DNA of 64,000 nucleotides from Syntrophales bacterium (GTDB lineage: Bacteria > Desulfobacterota > Syntrophia > Syntrophales > PHBD01). Position 1 is the first letter of the stretch, and each line of letters begins with the position of its first letter. Both the position numbers and the translations under genes were made by a program. The stretch spans positions 3,680,001 through 3,744,000 of the forward strand of contig OY764159.1 in assembly GCA_963668175.1 (NCBI GenBank), in the 5' to 3' direction. Positions 37,060 through 47,800 of this stretch are shown here, piece by piece. The notes below the pieces were generated by a model. That model worked only from the letters and a program-made list of their open reading frames with translations, was not told the DNA's origin and ran no database searches.

Positions 37060-38265
37060 TCACCGGGCAGCCTGGTAGGTCGTCCGTTCCGGCATTTCCG
37101 GCAGGGCCACAAGCTGCCCGAATACCGGCACGACAAAGGATTCTGCCTTGATCTCATGTGTTTTCATTGCCGCGGCCAGTTCGTCGACGGCATCGTCGTA
37201 TCCGTCCGGACCCAGTTGAAATACGCGGAAATGGGCGGCAATACTGACCTCGGGACCAAGATCGAGATGGGCCTGGACCGCTTCCGCCGGTCCCATGTGT
37301 ACGATGGAACGATAAACGACAGGCGGCTCCGCCGACGTCCGGGGCCTGAAGGGCGCAATGGGAAGGATCGCCACGCGGATCGGGGAGAAACGGCGGGCAA
37401 TCTCGCGGAAATGGGGTCCGTATCCCGTATCGCCGGCAAAATAAACGTTTCCGGAAGGCCCGGAGAGGACAAAGCCGCCCCAGAGCGTCTTGTCGCGGTC
37501 CCAGAAGGTGCGGGCCGAAAAGTGCCGTGCCGGAACGAGGGTCACGGTGACTTGGGGCGAAAGGCGGTACGACTGCCACCAGTCGAGCTCTTCAACATCC
37601 GGAATGCCCGTCTCCCGGATGAGTGCGCGGTTGCCCAGGGGGGTTACGGCCAGCGGTGCGCCTTTCCTCGCCAGATCCCTGAGGGTGGGACGGTCGAGAT
37701 GATCGTAATGGTTGTGAGAAACAAGTATGGCGTCGATGGGGGGCAGATCCTCAAAACGAAGGCCGGGAGGCTGGTGTCTTTTAGGACCGGCCCAGGACAC
37801 GGGACTGCATCGCATGGACCAGATAGGGTCGGTCAGGATATTGAGCCCGTCCATCTGGATAAGGAACGTTGCATGTCCGACGGGGATTACGGCAAGGTCA
37901 CCCCCCGAAACACGGGATGCGGGACGCGGCCCCGGCGTGACCTCCTGGCCGGTTTTCCATTCGGGCCAATCGACACCGATAAGCCATCTGCGAAGCCATA
38001 CATACGATCCGCCCCGAGGGGGGCTGCCGGCTGTGTGATCGGGAGTGACGTCCGGATTGAAATAGCGGTTGCCGTCAAAGTGATCCGAGCCCTTTGCATT
38101 CCTGTCGGCGGCCGTCTGAGCCTCGGGACCGGCGGGCATCGGCATCAGGGAAAGGATCAGGGCGAACAACAGGAGAACGGCGATAAATCTCAGACCATCC
38201 CCGGAGGAGGCATGGTTTACACGTATCTTGACACTCATCTTTGCGGCTGTCTTATGTAAGTTCAA
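37060..38265 (-). CDS. MBL-fold metallohydrolase (RomA/NAPE-PLD-like), probably exported
   Basis: GHATFL, LTDPIW, SHNHYDHLD, PARHFS, FAGDTGY; start uncertain. Confidence 0.88.
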   Translation of the reverse strand: MNLHKTAAKMSVKIRVNHASSGDGLRFIAVLLLFALILSLMPMPAGPEAQTAADRNAKGSDHFDGNRYFNPDVTPDHTAGSPPRGGSYVWLRRWLIGVDWPEWKTGQEVTPGPRPASRVSGGDLAVIPVGHATFLIQMDGLNILTDPIWSMRCSPVSWAGPKRHQPPGLRFEDLPPIDAILVSHNHYDHLDRPTLRDLARKGAPLAVTPLGNRALIRETGIPDVEELDWWQSYRLSPQVTVTLVPARHFSARTFWDRDKTLWGGFVLSGPSGNVYFAGDTGYGPHFREIARRFSPIRVAILPIAPFRPRTSAEPPVVYRSIVHMGPAEAVQAHLDLGPEVSIAAHFRVFQLGPDGYDDAVDELAAAMKTHEIKAESFVVPVFGQLVALPEMPERTTYQAAR

Positions 38266-38608
38266 CTTAAGCTGCGGCCTTCACAACGAATTGTTCCGAA
38301 ACCGAAACCAGACCGGCGCATGCTTCTATCTTTCCTAGAGCGACTATATGGGGGCAGACCGCCTCGTGTCAAGGCCATTGCGCTGCGGAACGTCCTCCTG
38401 TGCAATTCTCGCGAAGCGCCCCCTATTCATTGCGATAGCCATTATCTTTACGGCCAGAGTTCGCATTCCCGCATCACTCCCGAATCGACATTCGAAGCAA
38501 GGCTCCGGATACTCGGTCATATCTGCGATGGATTTACAATCACGCTGCCGGGATTTCTCACCGCTCCTGCCGCCCGTTTTCCGGGCTGTCGCTGCCGGAA
38601 CGGCGGCA

Positions 38609-39175
38609 TCAGGGAATGACCTTGACGATATCCGGGGCATGGCGCTCCGAAGCGGCCGGAATGGCCGCAGGATACCCCAGGATGATGGGGGCGACGATCC
38701 GGAAGCCTTCGGGTATCCCAAGTTCCTTGATGATCTCGGGATTGCGGATATAGCCCCCTTGGGCGATCCAACAGGTGCCCAGGCCTCGCGCCGCAGCCGA
38801 AAACATGAAATAGGCGACCGTCAAAGCCGAATCCAGATCGAGCGTCCTGACGCCCTTGGGGCCGATGACATACACAAGGCAGGGAGCGTTGTAGAAAGTG
38901 TTGAAGGCTTCGTTGCGGAGCGTCTGTTCGTACATCTTGAGGGGCGAAGACGGATCCCTGACGATATCGGCGACGAAATTGGCCTTGCTTTCGTCCGAAT
39001 ATCTCTTCATTGCGGCGCGGTCCTGCACGATGATGAATTTGCAGGGCTGCCCGTTGCTTGCCGTCGGGGCGTAAACCGTATCCTGAATGATCTCTTTCAC
39101 GAGCGGCAGGGGCACGGGTTTGTCCTGGAAATCCCTGATCGCCCGCCTTTTTATCAACAATTCCTGAAATTCCAT
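38609..39175 (-). CDS. Nitroreductase family protein
   Basis: RRAIRDF, APTASNGQP, GLGTCWI, ILGYP. Confidence 0.92.
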   Translation of the reverse strand: MEFQELLIKRRAIRDFQDKPVPLPLVKEIIQDTVYAPTASNGQPCKFIIVQDRAAMKRYSDESKANFVADIVRDPSSPLKMYEQTLRNEAFNTFYNAPCLVYVIGPKGVRTLDLDSALTVAYFMFSAAARGLGTCWIAQGGYIRNPEIIKELGIPEGFRIVAPIILGYPAAIPAASERHAPDIVKVIP

Positions 39176-39492
39176 GGTTCTTGTCTCCTTTCACCTTTCT
39201 TGAATGACTGCAAACAATCCTAAGAAGCTTAGAAGAAAGATCTCACCCTGTCAAGAACCCGCTTGAGACGGAGCGTGCAATGCACGCGGCGCCCTATAAC
39301 CGGCCATTTCTTTACACAACTTTTACATAGGCTCTTGTGAATCGTCTTGACTTCGACGGGTTTTGGTGTCAGGACATAGAGGCCGGAGGCAATAAACCGG
39401 TCACCATCGCCGCCTGTCCGGAAGAGAGGAAACGAATGCACCGTTTTCGTCCGGGCGAAGCGGCCGTATTTTTTTAAGCAGCAGGAGAAACA

Positions 39493-40803
39493 TTGTACAT
39501 GAGCAAACCAAGTTTATTGCTGATTCATCCGGCAGCCGACAAAGATCGTTTCGGATTGCGGAGGCGTAAAAGATCGTCCGTCCCGCAGCTTAACCTGCCG
39601 TTGCTTGCAGCCCACGCCGACGACCGTTTTGACGTCAGGATCGTCGATGAAAATATCGAGGATATCGACTTTACCCAACATGCCGATCTCGTAGGAATCA
39701 GCATCATGACGCCGACGGCCTTTCGCGGTTACGAAATAGCCGACGGTTACCGCAACAGGGGCGTCCCCGTCGTTATCGGCGGTATGCATGCCTTTTTCAT
39801 GAGGAACGAGGCGGCGCTCCATGCCGACAGCCTCGTCGCCGGCGAAGCGGAATATACGTGGAACCGGCTCCTTGACGATTTTCTTTCCGGCCGCATGGCT
39901 GAAACGTATAGCACGGATCAATTGCACGACCTCAAGGGACTTCCCGTACCCCGCCTGGATCTGCTGAAGAAGGGCGCCTATACCTTCTACAACATCATGG
40001 AAACGGCCCGGGGCTGCCCCCATCATTGCCACTACTGTGCGGTCACGCAGTTCTGGGGAAATCATTTCCGCTTCCGTCCCATTCCGGAAGTCATAGACGA
40101 GATGAAATCCCTCCCTCCGGGCGATATCGTCTTCATCGACGACAACATGTTCGGCCACCCGAACCGCGCGAAGGAGCTTTTCGAGGCCATGATCCCCCTG
40201 AAGCGTCACTGGTACGGACAGGGCGATCTTCGTCTTGCCAAGGACCGGGAGCTTCTGGAGCTTGCCAGCCGGGCCGGCTGCAAATGGATTTTTGTCGGAC
40301 TGGAAACGACGGACCCGAAAAACCTGAAGGCAATGGGCAAACACAGCCTCAACCGCGGCGGTGATTTCGGATCCGCCATCGCTGCTATTCAGAAGTCGGG
40401 CATCAACCTGTTTGCGTCCTTCATTGTCGGTATGGACAACGACGACAAGTCCGTCTTTAAGAACACCCTCGATTTCTGCATCGCGAACCGGATCGGCGGG
40501 GCGAATTTCTACATTCTCACCCCTATTCCCGGAACGCAGCTCTTCAAAGAAATGGAAGACGCCGGAAGACTGCTGCACAAGAATTGGAGCCGCTACGATA
40601 CCAATCACGTCGTCTTCGAGCCGGCCAGAATGACTAAGACGGATCTTTTGGAAGGGTATATCAGCTTATATCGGCAATTCTATTCCGTGACTTCGATTGC
40701 CAGGCGGATCGCCGCCAAGGGACACGACATCCCGGAAATGCTGGCGCTCAACATCGGCCGCCGGATCAATTTCCGCCACTTTGCCGCCGGTTGCCGCGTT
40801 TGA
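39493..40803 (+). CDS. B12-binding-domain radical SAM protein
   Basis: N-terminal B12-binding region (VVIGGMHA, AGEAE); RGCPHHCHYC; FIDDN; TPIPGT. Confidence 0.9.
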   Translation: MYMSKPSLLLIHPAADKDRFGLRRRKRSSVPQLNLPLLAAHADDRFDVRIVDENIEDIDFTQHADLVGISIMTPTAFRGYEIADGYRNRGVPVVIGGMHAFFMRNEAALHADSLVAGEAEYTWNRLLDDFLSGRMAETYSTDQLHDLKGLPVPRLDLLKKGAYTFYNIMETARGCPHHCHYCAVTQFWGNHFRFRPIPEVIDEMKSLPPGDIVFIDDNMFGHPNRAKELFEAMIPLKRHWYGQGDLRLAKDRELLELASRAGCKWIFVGLETTDPKNLKAMGKHSLNRGGDFGSAIAAIQKSGINLFASFIVGMDNDDKSVFKNTLDFCIANRIGGANFYILTPIPGTQLFKEMEDAGRLLHKNWSRYDTNHVVFEPARMTKTDLLEGYISLYRQFYSVTSIARRIAAKGHDIPEMLALNIGRRINFRHFAAGCRV

Positions 40804-40887
40804 TTTACAGAAACGGGAGTATGCCAAGCACACAACGTGAGGGGATTCTTCCCCGGTCCGGTACTCCGCCGGAGATCCTCCAGGAAG

Positions 40888-42069
40888 CTATGAGTTCATA
40901 TACCGGGAATACATGCTCTTGGCGTATTCGTTGTCGGGATTCAGCTTGAGCGCCTGGATCAGCACCTTCTTCGCCTCTTCCGGTTTGTCCGTTTTGGCAT
41001 AGAGAACCGCCAGGTTGTAGTGAAGGATATCCGAACAGGGCTCTATTCTGATGCACTTGAGGTAGACGTCGGTGGCGTCTTCGAAACGGTTCGCCCGGCG
41101 CAGGGCAACGGCGTACTTGTTGAAGACGTGAACGGTATCCTTGATCGGATCGACGGTCCGTTTCAGATAATACCCTGCCTTTTCCAGATCGTCCCGCTCA
41201 AGGTAGATAGCGGCGATATTGACCATATTCATATCGGTGGGGTTATTCCCCATGACGCTGTCGATGATCTTCTCCGCTTCTTCAGTCTTACCGTTTTCAA
41301 AGCAGAAGACAGCCAGATCTATCTTCAGATCGTTGTTTAACGTATTCATCTTGACGGCCTTCTCCAGGGCCAGGATGCCTTCGGCGAACTGCCCCATGTT
41401 CATGAAGATCTTTCCCAGAAGATTTTCATGCTGGGAACTTCTGTGCTCATCATCGATATCGGCCATGATCGATGCGGCTTTTTCATACTGTTTGAGATGA
41501 AAGAGACACTCGCAAGTCATCAACAGAACCCGCGGGTGTTGGCGAACCTTGAGGATTTCAGACCCCAGTTCCAGCGCTTCCTGATAATTCTTAGAGAGCT
41601 TTAGACGACGCATCTCGAAGACCTTCTGCTCGATTTCGTCCCTGGCCGTCGATTTCAGCAATGCCGTCCGGATGGTGGCGATAAGATCCTGTTCGCTGAA
41701 AGGTTTGACGAGAAACCCGTCGACCCCCTCCTCGGCGGCATAAAGAACCTTGTCGGAGGCCCTTTCATCGGATATCATCATGACGGGGATGGCAAAATGT
41801 TTGGGATCGCACTTGAGATGGCTGAGCAGCTCGATTCCCGTCATGTTCGGCATGGTCCAATCGGTGATGACGAGACTTATCGCGTGCGATTCGATGACCC
41901 TCAGGGCCCTGTTGCCGCTGTCGGCAGTGAGAACGTTGCCGTAACCGTTGTTTCTCAGCATGACCCGGATGATGTCCCTCATCTCGGGATAATCATCGAC
42001 GACCAGGAGGTTTTTGTAGGCTACCTTCTTCGCCCGTCCCGTTTTGCCTCGATATGGGTTGACCGGCAT
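40888..42069 (-). CDS. Response regulator receiver fused to TPR repeats
   Basis: LVVDD, ITDWTMPNMTG, FLVKPF; C-terminal TPR helices. Confidence 0.88.
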   Translation of the reverse strand: MPVNPYRGKTGRAKKVAYKNLLVVDDYPEMRDIIRVMLRNNGYGNVLTADSGNRALRVIESHAISLVITDWTMPNMTGIELLSHLKCDPKHFAIPVMMISDERASDKVLYAAEEGVDGFLVKPFSEQDLIATIRTALLKSTARDEIEQKVFEMRRLKLSKNYQEALELGSEILKVRQHPRVLLMTCECLFHLKQYEKAASIMADIDDEHRSSQHENLLGKIFMNMGQFAEGILALEKAVKMNTLNNDLKIDLAVFCFENGKTEEAEKIIDSVMGNNPTDMNMVNIAAIYLERDDLEKAGYYLKRTVDPIKDTVHVFNKYAVALRRANRFEDATDVYLKCIRIEPCSDILHYNLAVLYAKTDKPEEAKKVLIQALKLNPDNEYAKSMYSRYMNS

Positions 42070-42350
42070 TCTCTTTCCTTATTTGAGAAAAAAATTTTCT
42101 TCCGACATCAACAGCGACGAACAGGCAATTACGAATGCAGGAGGACCATTTCTTCAAAATCGTAATGATTGTCTATTTTTATGCGCAAAAGCTTGATCTG
42201 TCAAGTGTTTTTTCTGCGACGCGTCTTCCATGCCATACTCCATCATGGAAAGTCACGGACCTCTTTCGCTCAAGCCGCTTACACGCGCTTGCCGCAAGAA
42301 CAGGACTCTTTCAATTCTCATCCTGCACCGCAGAAAAACGATTGTAAATT

Positions 42351-42364
42351 AGACCGGGCGGTCT
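42351..42364. promoter_or_regulatory. Candidate repressor operator upstream of the 3-hydroxyacyl-CoA dehydrogenase gene
   Basis: AGACCG-GG-CGGTCT palindrome between TTGTAA and TAATAT (17-nt spacer). Confidence 0.55.
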
Positions 42365-42465
42365 TAATATGCGCATTGAAACACCCAGAGGCACTCTCCA
42401 TTTCAACGTTCAAATGAAGACCTTGAAGGCAGGTCGAAAAATACACGAAAGAAAAGAGGGACGCT

Positions 42466-43413
42466 ATGGATGCGAAAGAGGTCAGGAAGGTCGCCGTCAT
42501 CGGCGCGGGTATCATGGGGCACGGCATTGCCCAGGTTTTTGCTCAAGCAGGAATAGAAGCGGGATTGGTCGATCTCAAGACGGACATCCTCGAACGGGCG
42601 AGTCGCCTGATCAGGATGAATCTACGGACTCTTGCGGCCGAGGGCATCGTCGACGAACGCGATCTCCCCGCGATCATGAAGAGAATACATATGACAACGG
42701 ATCTCGAAGAAGCCGTCCGGGATGCAGATTTCGTTCTGGAAGCCGTGGCGGAAATACCGGATGTCAAGAAGGCGATATTTCTAAAACTGGACCAGATTTG
42801 CCGGAAAGACGCGATCTTGGCCAGCAATACATCCTCTCTGGATATCTTCGCCATCGCCGGGGATGTAACGCGGCGCGACCGCCTCATCGTGGCCCATTGG
42901 TTTGCGCCGCCGCAAATCATCCCGCTCGTCGAGATCGTGCCGGGCCCTGAGACATCCTCGCAGACCGTGGCATTCACATCGGACTTGATGGAGAGGATAG
43001 GGAAACGTCCTGTGGCCATGAAGGCCTTTGCACCCAGCTTCATCGTCAACCGAATACAGCAGTATATAGGACTTGCCGCCATTGAGATCGTCTCCAAGGG
43101 CTGGGCCACGCCGGAGGATATCGACCTGGCCGTGAAGACCAGCCTTGGCATCCGCCTCCCCATCGTCGGCGTTATGCAGACACTCGACTTTACAGGCCTC
43201 GACCTGGTTGCCCACGTCATGAAAAGCTCCCTGGGGCAGGTGCCTCCTTTTATCGCCGACCGGGTCGAGAAGGGCGAATTCGGCGCCAAGACGTCGAAAG
43301 GCATTTACGATTATGGCGGACGGACCGAAGAGGAAATCATGGAGAAGCGCGACAGGATGTACCTGGCCATGCTGGCCCAGTTGAAGAAGATGAGCGCCTT
43401 CGGCCCAGTCTAG
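42466..43413 (+). CDS. 3-hydroxyacyl-CoA dehydrogenase family protein
   Basis: IGAGIMGHGIA, EAVAE, ASNTSS, HWFAPP, FIVNRIQ. Confidence 0.93.
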   Translation: MDAKEVRKVAVIGAGIMGHGIAQVFAQAGIEAGLVDLKTDILERASRLIRMNLRTLAAEGIVDERDLPAIMKRIHMTTDLEEAVRDADFVLEAVAEIPDVKKAIFLKLDQICRKDAILASNTSSLDIFAIAGDVTRRDRLIVAHWFAPPQIIPLVEIVPGPETSSQTVAFTSDLMERIGKRPVAMKAFAPSFIVNRIQQYIGLAAIEIVSKGWATPEDIDLAVKTSLGIRLPIVGVMQTLDFTGLDLVAHVMKSSLGQVPPFIADRVEKGEFGAKTSKGIYDYGGRTEEEIMEKRDRMYLAMLAQLKKMSAFGPV

Positions 43414-43578
43414 GTATCAGCCGGCGGTTCAAGATTACGGGGATTGCAGGGTATCAACGGACCGATGGCAGCTTGATCGTCCATCTGTGCAAACAGACGG
43501 AGAGAAAAGAGGCGGCACAACGATCTTGCCACCTGTCGTGCACGGCAGCCGTTATCGCTTGACCGGGACGGAAACCCG

Positions 43579-44022
43579 TCAGGAGGGTTTTCGCAGGAAG
43601 GATATGAGGCAGCAATCGTCACCCTCGACCAGCGATTTCTCAATGATGAGATCGCTGCCGCCTTCCGCAAGGGCGCCGATCAGGCCGGCATCGATCTCCA
43701 TGAGGGCCTTGCAGAGCGAACGGTCGCCCGCCTCCAGATGGAAGGGACAGTGATAGCCTTTAACGACCACGCCTTGGTCATCCTGACGGACGATTACGGC
43801 CTGTCCCGTGCGGAGGAACATGTCCAGCCATCGGATCACCCGTTCCGTAAAACCGAGGCCGGCCATGCTTTTCGCCAGCTTCACACCGATGTGGTATCCG
43901 TATTCCCTGAGAACTTCGGAGAAGACGGGCAGAATATCGTCGCCGTAACGGGCGTGCAGCCGTTTGGCCAACTCGCCCATGACCGCCACGGGATTGTCCA
44001 GTCTGCGCGACCCGGAATGCAT
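43579..44022 (-). CDS. V4R/ATC-hydrolase-like small Cys protein
   Basis: HCPF...LC...GDDCC pattern. Confidence 0.6.
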   Translation of the reverse strand: MHSGSRRLDNPVAVMGELAKRLHARYGDDILPVFSEVLREYGYHIGVKLAKSMAGLGFTERVIRWLDMFLRTGQAVIVRQDDQGVVVKGYHCPFHLEAGDRSLCKALMEIDAGLIGALAEGGSDLIIEKSLVEGDDCCLISFLRKPS

Positions 44023-44043
44023 AGCGATCCCTCCCTTGTGCGT

Positions 44044-44934
44044 TCAGTTTCCCAATCCGCCCTCCGGTATCTTCTGGGGAATAGCGGCATAGGTACACCC
44101 CAGAAGGACGATGATGCAGCCGATCAGGGAACGCGTAGTCACCGCCTCATGAAATACGAGGACTCCAAGCCCCACACTCATCACCGGGGTCAACATGGAG
44201 AGGAGCGACCCTTCCGTCGCCCCGATGAACCGATAGGCATGGGTCATCTGGAGCTGGGCTGCGGCAGCGATGAGTCCCACGGCGATCAGGATGCCCCAGG
44301 CCGGCCATGCCGATGCGTACCCGTGTGCATGCGACGGCGCCGCAACGATAAAGAACCCGAAAAAGCTCTGGGAAAAGATGATCGCGCGGGATGTATCGGT
44401 CGCATGCAGTTTCTTGATGGAAAGTATCGCCCAGCCGGCGAACAATCCGCCTATGATGGCCACAAGGTCGAACCACGATGTCTGCCCCAGGCCTTCCGGC
44501 GGCACAATAATAAGATAAAGGCCCCCTAAAGATGCCAAAACGGCGGCCAGGACCCCAAGCTTGATGCGTTCCTGTAAGAGCAGCGGGGCGAGAAGCGCCG
44601 CCCACAAGGGATACGTATAGGTGAATATCGTGGACTTGCCGATGCCGATCTTGGTGATGGAATAGAAGTAAATGCTGGCCGAAAGCCCGCCGAACAATCC
44701 CCTCGAAACGAGCCAGCGCCGGTTCACGAATCTGAGGGGCTCTCTGCTTATAAATGAAAAGGCGTATACCAGGACCATGCAAACGACGAAGCGGACCTCG
44801 GCTGTCAGCCAGGCGTTCACCCCGTATTCGTCCGCAGCGATGCGCACCAGCACGGACATCAGGCTGAAAAGCATCGCCGAGCAGATCATCCAGAGGGTAC
44901 CTTGCCAGCCTGTTTGAGAGAGGTTATTCTTCAT
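44044..44934 (-). CDS. DMT/EamA family transporter
   Basis: About ten TM helices in two EamA-like repeats. Confidence 0.9.
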   Translation of the reverse strand: MKNNLSQTGWQGTLWMICSAMLFSLMSVLVRIAADEYGVNAWLTAEVRFVVCMVLVYAFSFISREPLRFVNRRWLVSRGLFGGLSASIYFYSITKIGIGKSTIFTYTYPLWAALLAPLLLQERIKLGVLAAVLASLGGLYLIIVPPEGLGQTSWFDLVAIIGGLFAGWAILSIKKLHATDTSRAIIFSQSFFGFFIVAAPSHAHGYASAWPAWGILIAVGLIAAAAQLQMTHAYRFIGATEGSLLSMLTPVMSVGLGVLVFHEAVTTRSLIGCIIVLLGCTYAAIPQKIPEGGLGN

Positions 44935-45380
44935 CGCCCGGAAATACCGATACGCAGCCCTTCCCGGATACCCAACCGGTCGCAGAGCCCCGCATTGATT
45001 TCAAGAACCTTATCGACGGGAACTCCCGAATCGTAGGTTCGTGACGGATTGCTGCCTTCCGCCCCGGCGTTCCGCGAGATCCGGACAATTTTATCGCCTT
45101 CTATCCAAAGAATATCGAGATCGAACTTCATGTCCTTCATCCAGAAGGACTTCCTTTCCTTTTCTGTGTAAATGAAGAGCATACCCTCATCGTCCCTAAG
45201 TTTCTCCCGCGAGCTCAACCCCAGAACAGCCTTATCCGGCGTATCGACGATTTCTACGAGAAAGCGATGGCCCCGGATATGGACAAAACAACTCCGCCCG
45301 GACGCTGCGCCGGCCTGATAGGCCATAAAAAGGAGGAGGATAGAAAATGCCGTTATCCATACCCTTTTCTTTCCGGCCAT
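44931..45380 (-). CDS. DUF192 family exported protein
   Basis: GMLF, FWMKDMKFDLDILWI, VLEINAG. Confidence 0.88.
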   Translation of the reverse strand: MAGKKRVWITAFSILLLFMAYQAGAASGRSCFVHIRGHRFLVEIVDTPDKAVLGLSSREKLRDDEGMLFIYTEKERKSFWMKDMKFDLDILWIEGDKIVRISRNAGAEGSNPSRTYDSGVPVDKVLEINAGLCDRLGIREGLRIGISGR

Positions 45381-45662
45381 CGTCACGCTCCATGTGAAGG
45401 TTTGTCTCCTTACAACTTTATGGCCGATCCGACAATAGCCATCTTTATGGCACCAACAACTAATCATAGGTGCCTTAAAAAGCAACATATTTCACATGTT
45501 CCCGATTGCGGCGGCGTTCAACGCCTCCCCTATCCGAATGTGACAATTTTGTAACTTTTCAGCCCGCTGTTACGGAACTGTGTTCACATGATCACCTCAC
45601 CGTCGCCGAAGACAACAACTATTTTCATGTCAATACAGCATGTTACAACAAGGCAGTTCTTG

Positions 45663-45678
45663 TGGCACACTCTTTGAT
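45663..45678 (+). promoter_or_regulatory. Sigma54-like promoter (non-canonical -12)
   Basis: TGGCACACTCTTTGAT: -24 GG present, -12 reads GA instead of GC; 50 nt upstream of amtB. Confidence 0.5.
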
Positions 45679-45728
45679 TATTAAGAATCGTCCGGACAAA
45701 TAAATTCGTTTCGAGTAAGGAGGCTATT

Positions 45729-46961
45729 ATGAACACAGGAGATACAGCATGGGTCTTGACGTCTTCGGCCCTTGTTTTGTTAATGACCTTACCGGGTCTG
45801 GCCCTATTCTATGGAGGTCTGGTCAGGAGGAAAAACGTTCTTTCGATCCTCATGCAATGTTTTATTATAGCATGCGTTATCAGTTTGCAGTGGGTTCTCT
45901 TCGGCTATTCGCTCTCGTTCGGCCCCGACGCCGGTCATGGAATTATCGGCAGCTTGAAGTGGTGGGGACTCAACTTTGTCGGCGGCCAGCCCAATGCCGA
46001 TTACGCGGCCACCATTCCCCACAGCGCTTTTATGATTTTCCAGTGCATGTTCGCCGTCATCACACCGGCCTTGATTATCGGCGCCTTTGCGGAGCGGATG
46101 AAGTTTTCCGCATTCCTTATCTTCACGGTCCTCTGGGCCACTTTTGTCTACGATCCACTGGCCCATTGGGTTTGGGGTACGGGCGGCTGGATGAGAGACC
46201 TGGGCGGTCTCGATTTCGCGGGCGGTATTGTCGTTCATACCAGTTCCGGTGTATCGGCTCTTGTCGTCTGCCTGTTGCTGGGCAAGAGACTGGGTTATCA
46301 GAGCGGTCCCTTCCGTCCGCATAACCTGCCTTTCACCGTGATGGGCGGTGCGCTCCTCTGGGTCGGCTGGTTCGGATTCAACGCGGGCAGCGCCCTGGGG
46401 GCCAACGATCTGGCGGCCAATGCCTTCGTTACGACTCATGTCGCCACGGCAGCCGCAGGATTAACATGGGCACTTATCGAATGGCAGCAACACGGGGCGC
46501 CGACAGTACTCGGTACGACAACCGGTGCCGTGGCGGGTCTGGTCGCCATCACCCCGGCCTGCGGATTCGTCAATCCCATGAATGCGATCTTTATCGGTAT
46601 CCTGGTCGCCCTGTTCTGCTACACGGCCGTCGCCATCATCAAAGCAAAACTCGGGTATGATGACTCTCTCGATGCCTTCGGCGTCCACGGCGTGGGAGGA
46701 ATCTGGGGAACCATCGCCACAGGGCTCTTCTGCGAAAAAGCCGTCAACTCGGCGGGCGCGGATGGTCTCTTTTTCGGCGGTGCCCAACTGTGGCCTCAGT
46801 TGATCATGGTCGTCGTTTGCCCTCTGTTCGCAGCCATCATGACCGTCATCATCTTCAAGCTGGTGGATATGGTTGTCGGAATGCGGGTAAAGGAGAAAGA
46901 TGAGACGATCGGTCTCGATCTGACTCAGCAAAGCGAAGCAGCCTATACCATCATCGAATAA
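45729..46961 (+). CDS. amtB: Ammonium transporter
   Basis: [48 protein letters not shown]. Confidence 0.97.
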   Translation: MNTGDTAWVLTSSALVLLMTLPGLALFYGGLVRRKNVLSILMQCFIIACVISLQWVLFGYSLSFGPDAGHGIIGSLKWWGLNFVGGQPNADYAATIPHSAFMIFQCMFAVITPALIIGAFAERMKFSAFLIFTVLWATFVYDPLAHWVWGTGGWMRDLGGLDFAGGIVVHTSSGVSALVVCLLLGKRLGYQSGPFRPHNLPFTVMGGALLWVGWFGFNAGSALGANDLAANAFVTTHVATAAAGLTWALIEWQQHGAPTVLGTTTGAVAGLVAITPACGFVNPMNAIFIGILVALFCYTAVAIIKAKLGYDDSLDAFGVHGVGGIWGTIATGLFCEKAVNSAGADGLFFGGAQLWPQLIMVVVCPLFAAIMTVIIFKLVDMVVGMRVKEKDETIGLDLTQQSEAAYTIIE

Positions 46962-46978
46962 AAGAGAGGAGACGTATC

Positions 46979-47320
46979 ATGAAATACATTATTGCGATCA
47001 TCCAACCGCATAAACTGGATGATGTCATGAATGCCCTGGAAGAGGCGGAAGTGGGTCTGATGACCGTGTCGAATGTTCTGGGGCGGGGACGCCAGAAAGG
47101 CGTAACAGAAGTGTACCGAGGCGCCAAGGAAGTAGGCAGCCTCCTTAAAAAAGTCAAACTGGAGATCGCCGTAAACGAAGATTTTGTGGAAACGACGATC
47201 AATGCCATCACACGGGGCGCCCGCTCCGGGGAAGTCGGTGACGGCAAGATATTTGTTCTCGATCTTCACGAAGTAATGAGAATCAGGACTGGAGAGCGCG
47301 GCGGCAAGGCGATTGGTTAG
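46979..47320 (+). CDS. glnK: PII nitrogen regulatory protein
   Basis: GRQKG..EVYRG, GDGKIFV, RIRTGE; adjacent to amtB. Confidence 0.93.
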   Translation: MKYIIAIIQPHKLDDVMNALEEAEVGLMTVSNVLGRGRQKGVTEVYRGAKEVGSLLKKVKLEIAVNEDFVETTINAITRGARSGEVGDGKIFVLDLHEVMRIRTGERGGKAIG

Positions 47321-47363
47321 TGAAGGGATTCTATCATTCTGAATTTCTTATGGAGTAAGTTTT

Positions 47364-47645
47364 ATGAAACGGAAAGCAATGGACAGCGATGACGATCTGC
47401 TCAAGGTCAACGTCGAAGATTTTGAAAAGCATATCATCGTATCCGCTTTGCTCCGGACACACGGCAATCAGAGCCTGGCTGCAAAACAACTTGGAACAAC
47501 AACCAGGATCATTGCTTATAGGGTCCAGAAGTACCATATCGATCTCGAACAGTTTTACGACAAGAACAGAAAGAAACCCAAGCCGTCGGACGCCGCTGCG
47601 GCGGCGTCACTTGGCAAAGAAAGCAGTGACCCTGCTTGCCGCTGA
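47364..47645 (+). CDS. Stand-alone Fis-type HTH protein resembling the C-terminus of NifA/NtrC-family activators
   Basis: FEKHIIVSAL..THGNQSLAAKQLGTTTRIIAYRVQKY; GGAG RBS. Confidence 0.75.
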   Translation: MKRKAMDSDDDLLKVNVEDFEKHIIVSALLRTHGNQSLAAKQLGTTTRIIAYRVQKYHIDLEQFYDKNRKKPKPSDAAAAASLGKESSDPACR

Positions 47646-47800
47646 GAACGATAACTCAACTCGGGCGGTCAAGCATGAACGGCAACGTTACTCCCTGTGT
47701 TGACCGGCGGGCGGGAATTGCAGTTGCGTCTTCGGGAGCATCTGGAGACCACCCCCGGCAGCGCCGGCAATAATGACTAAAGAGACGAAAGGACATCACT

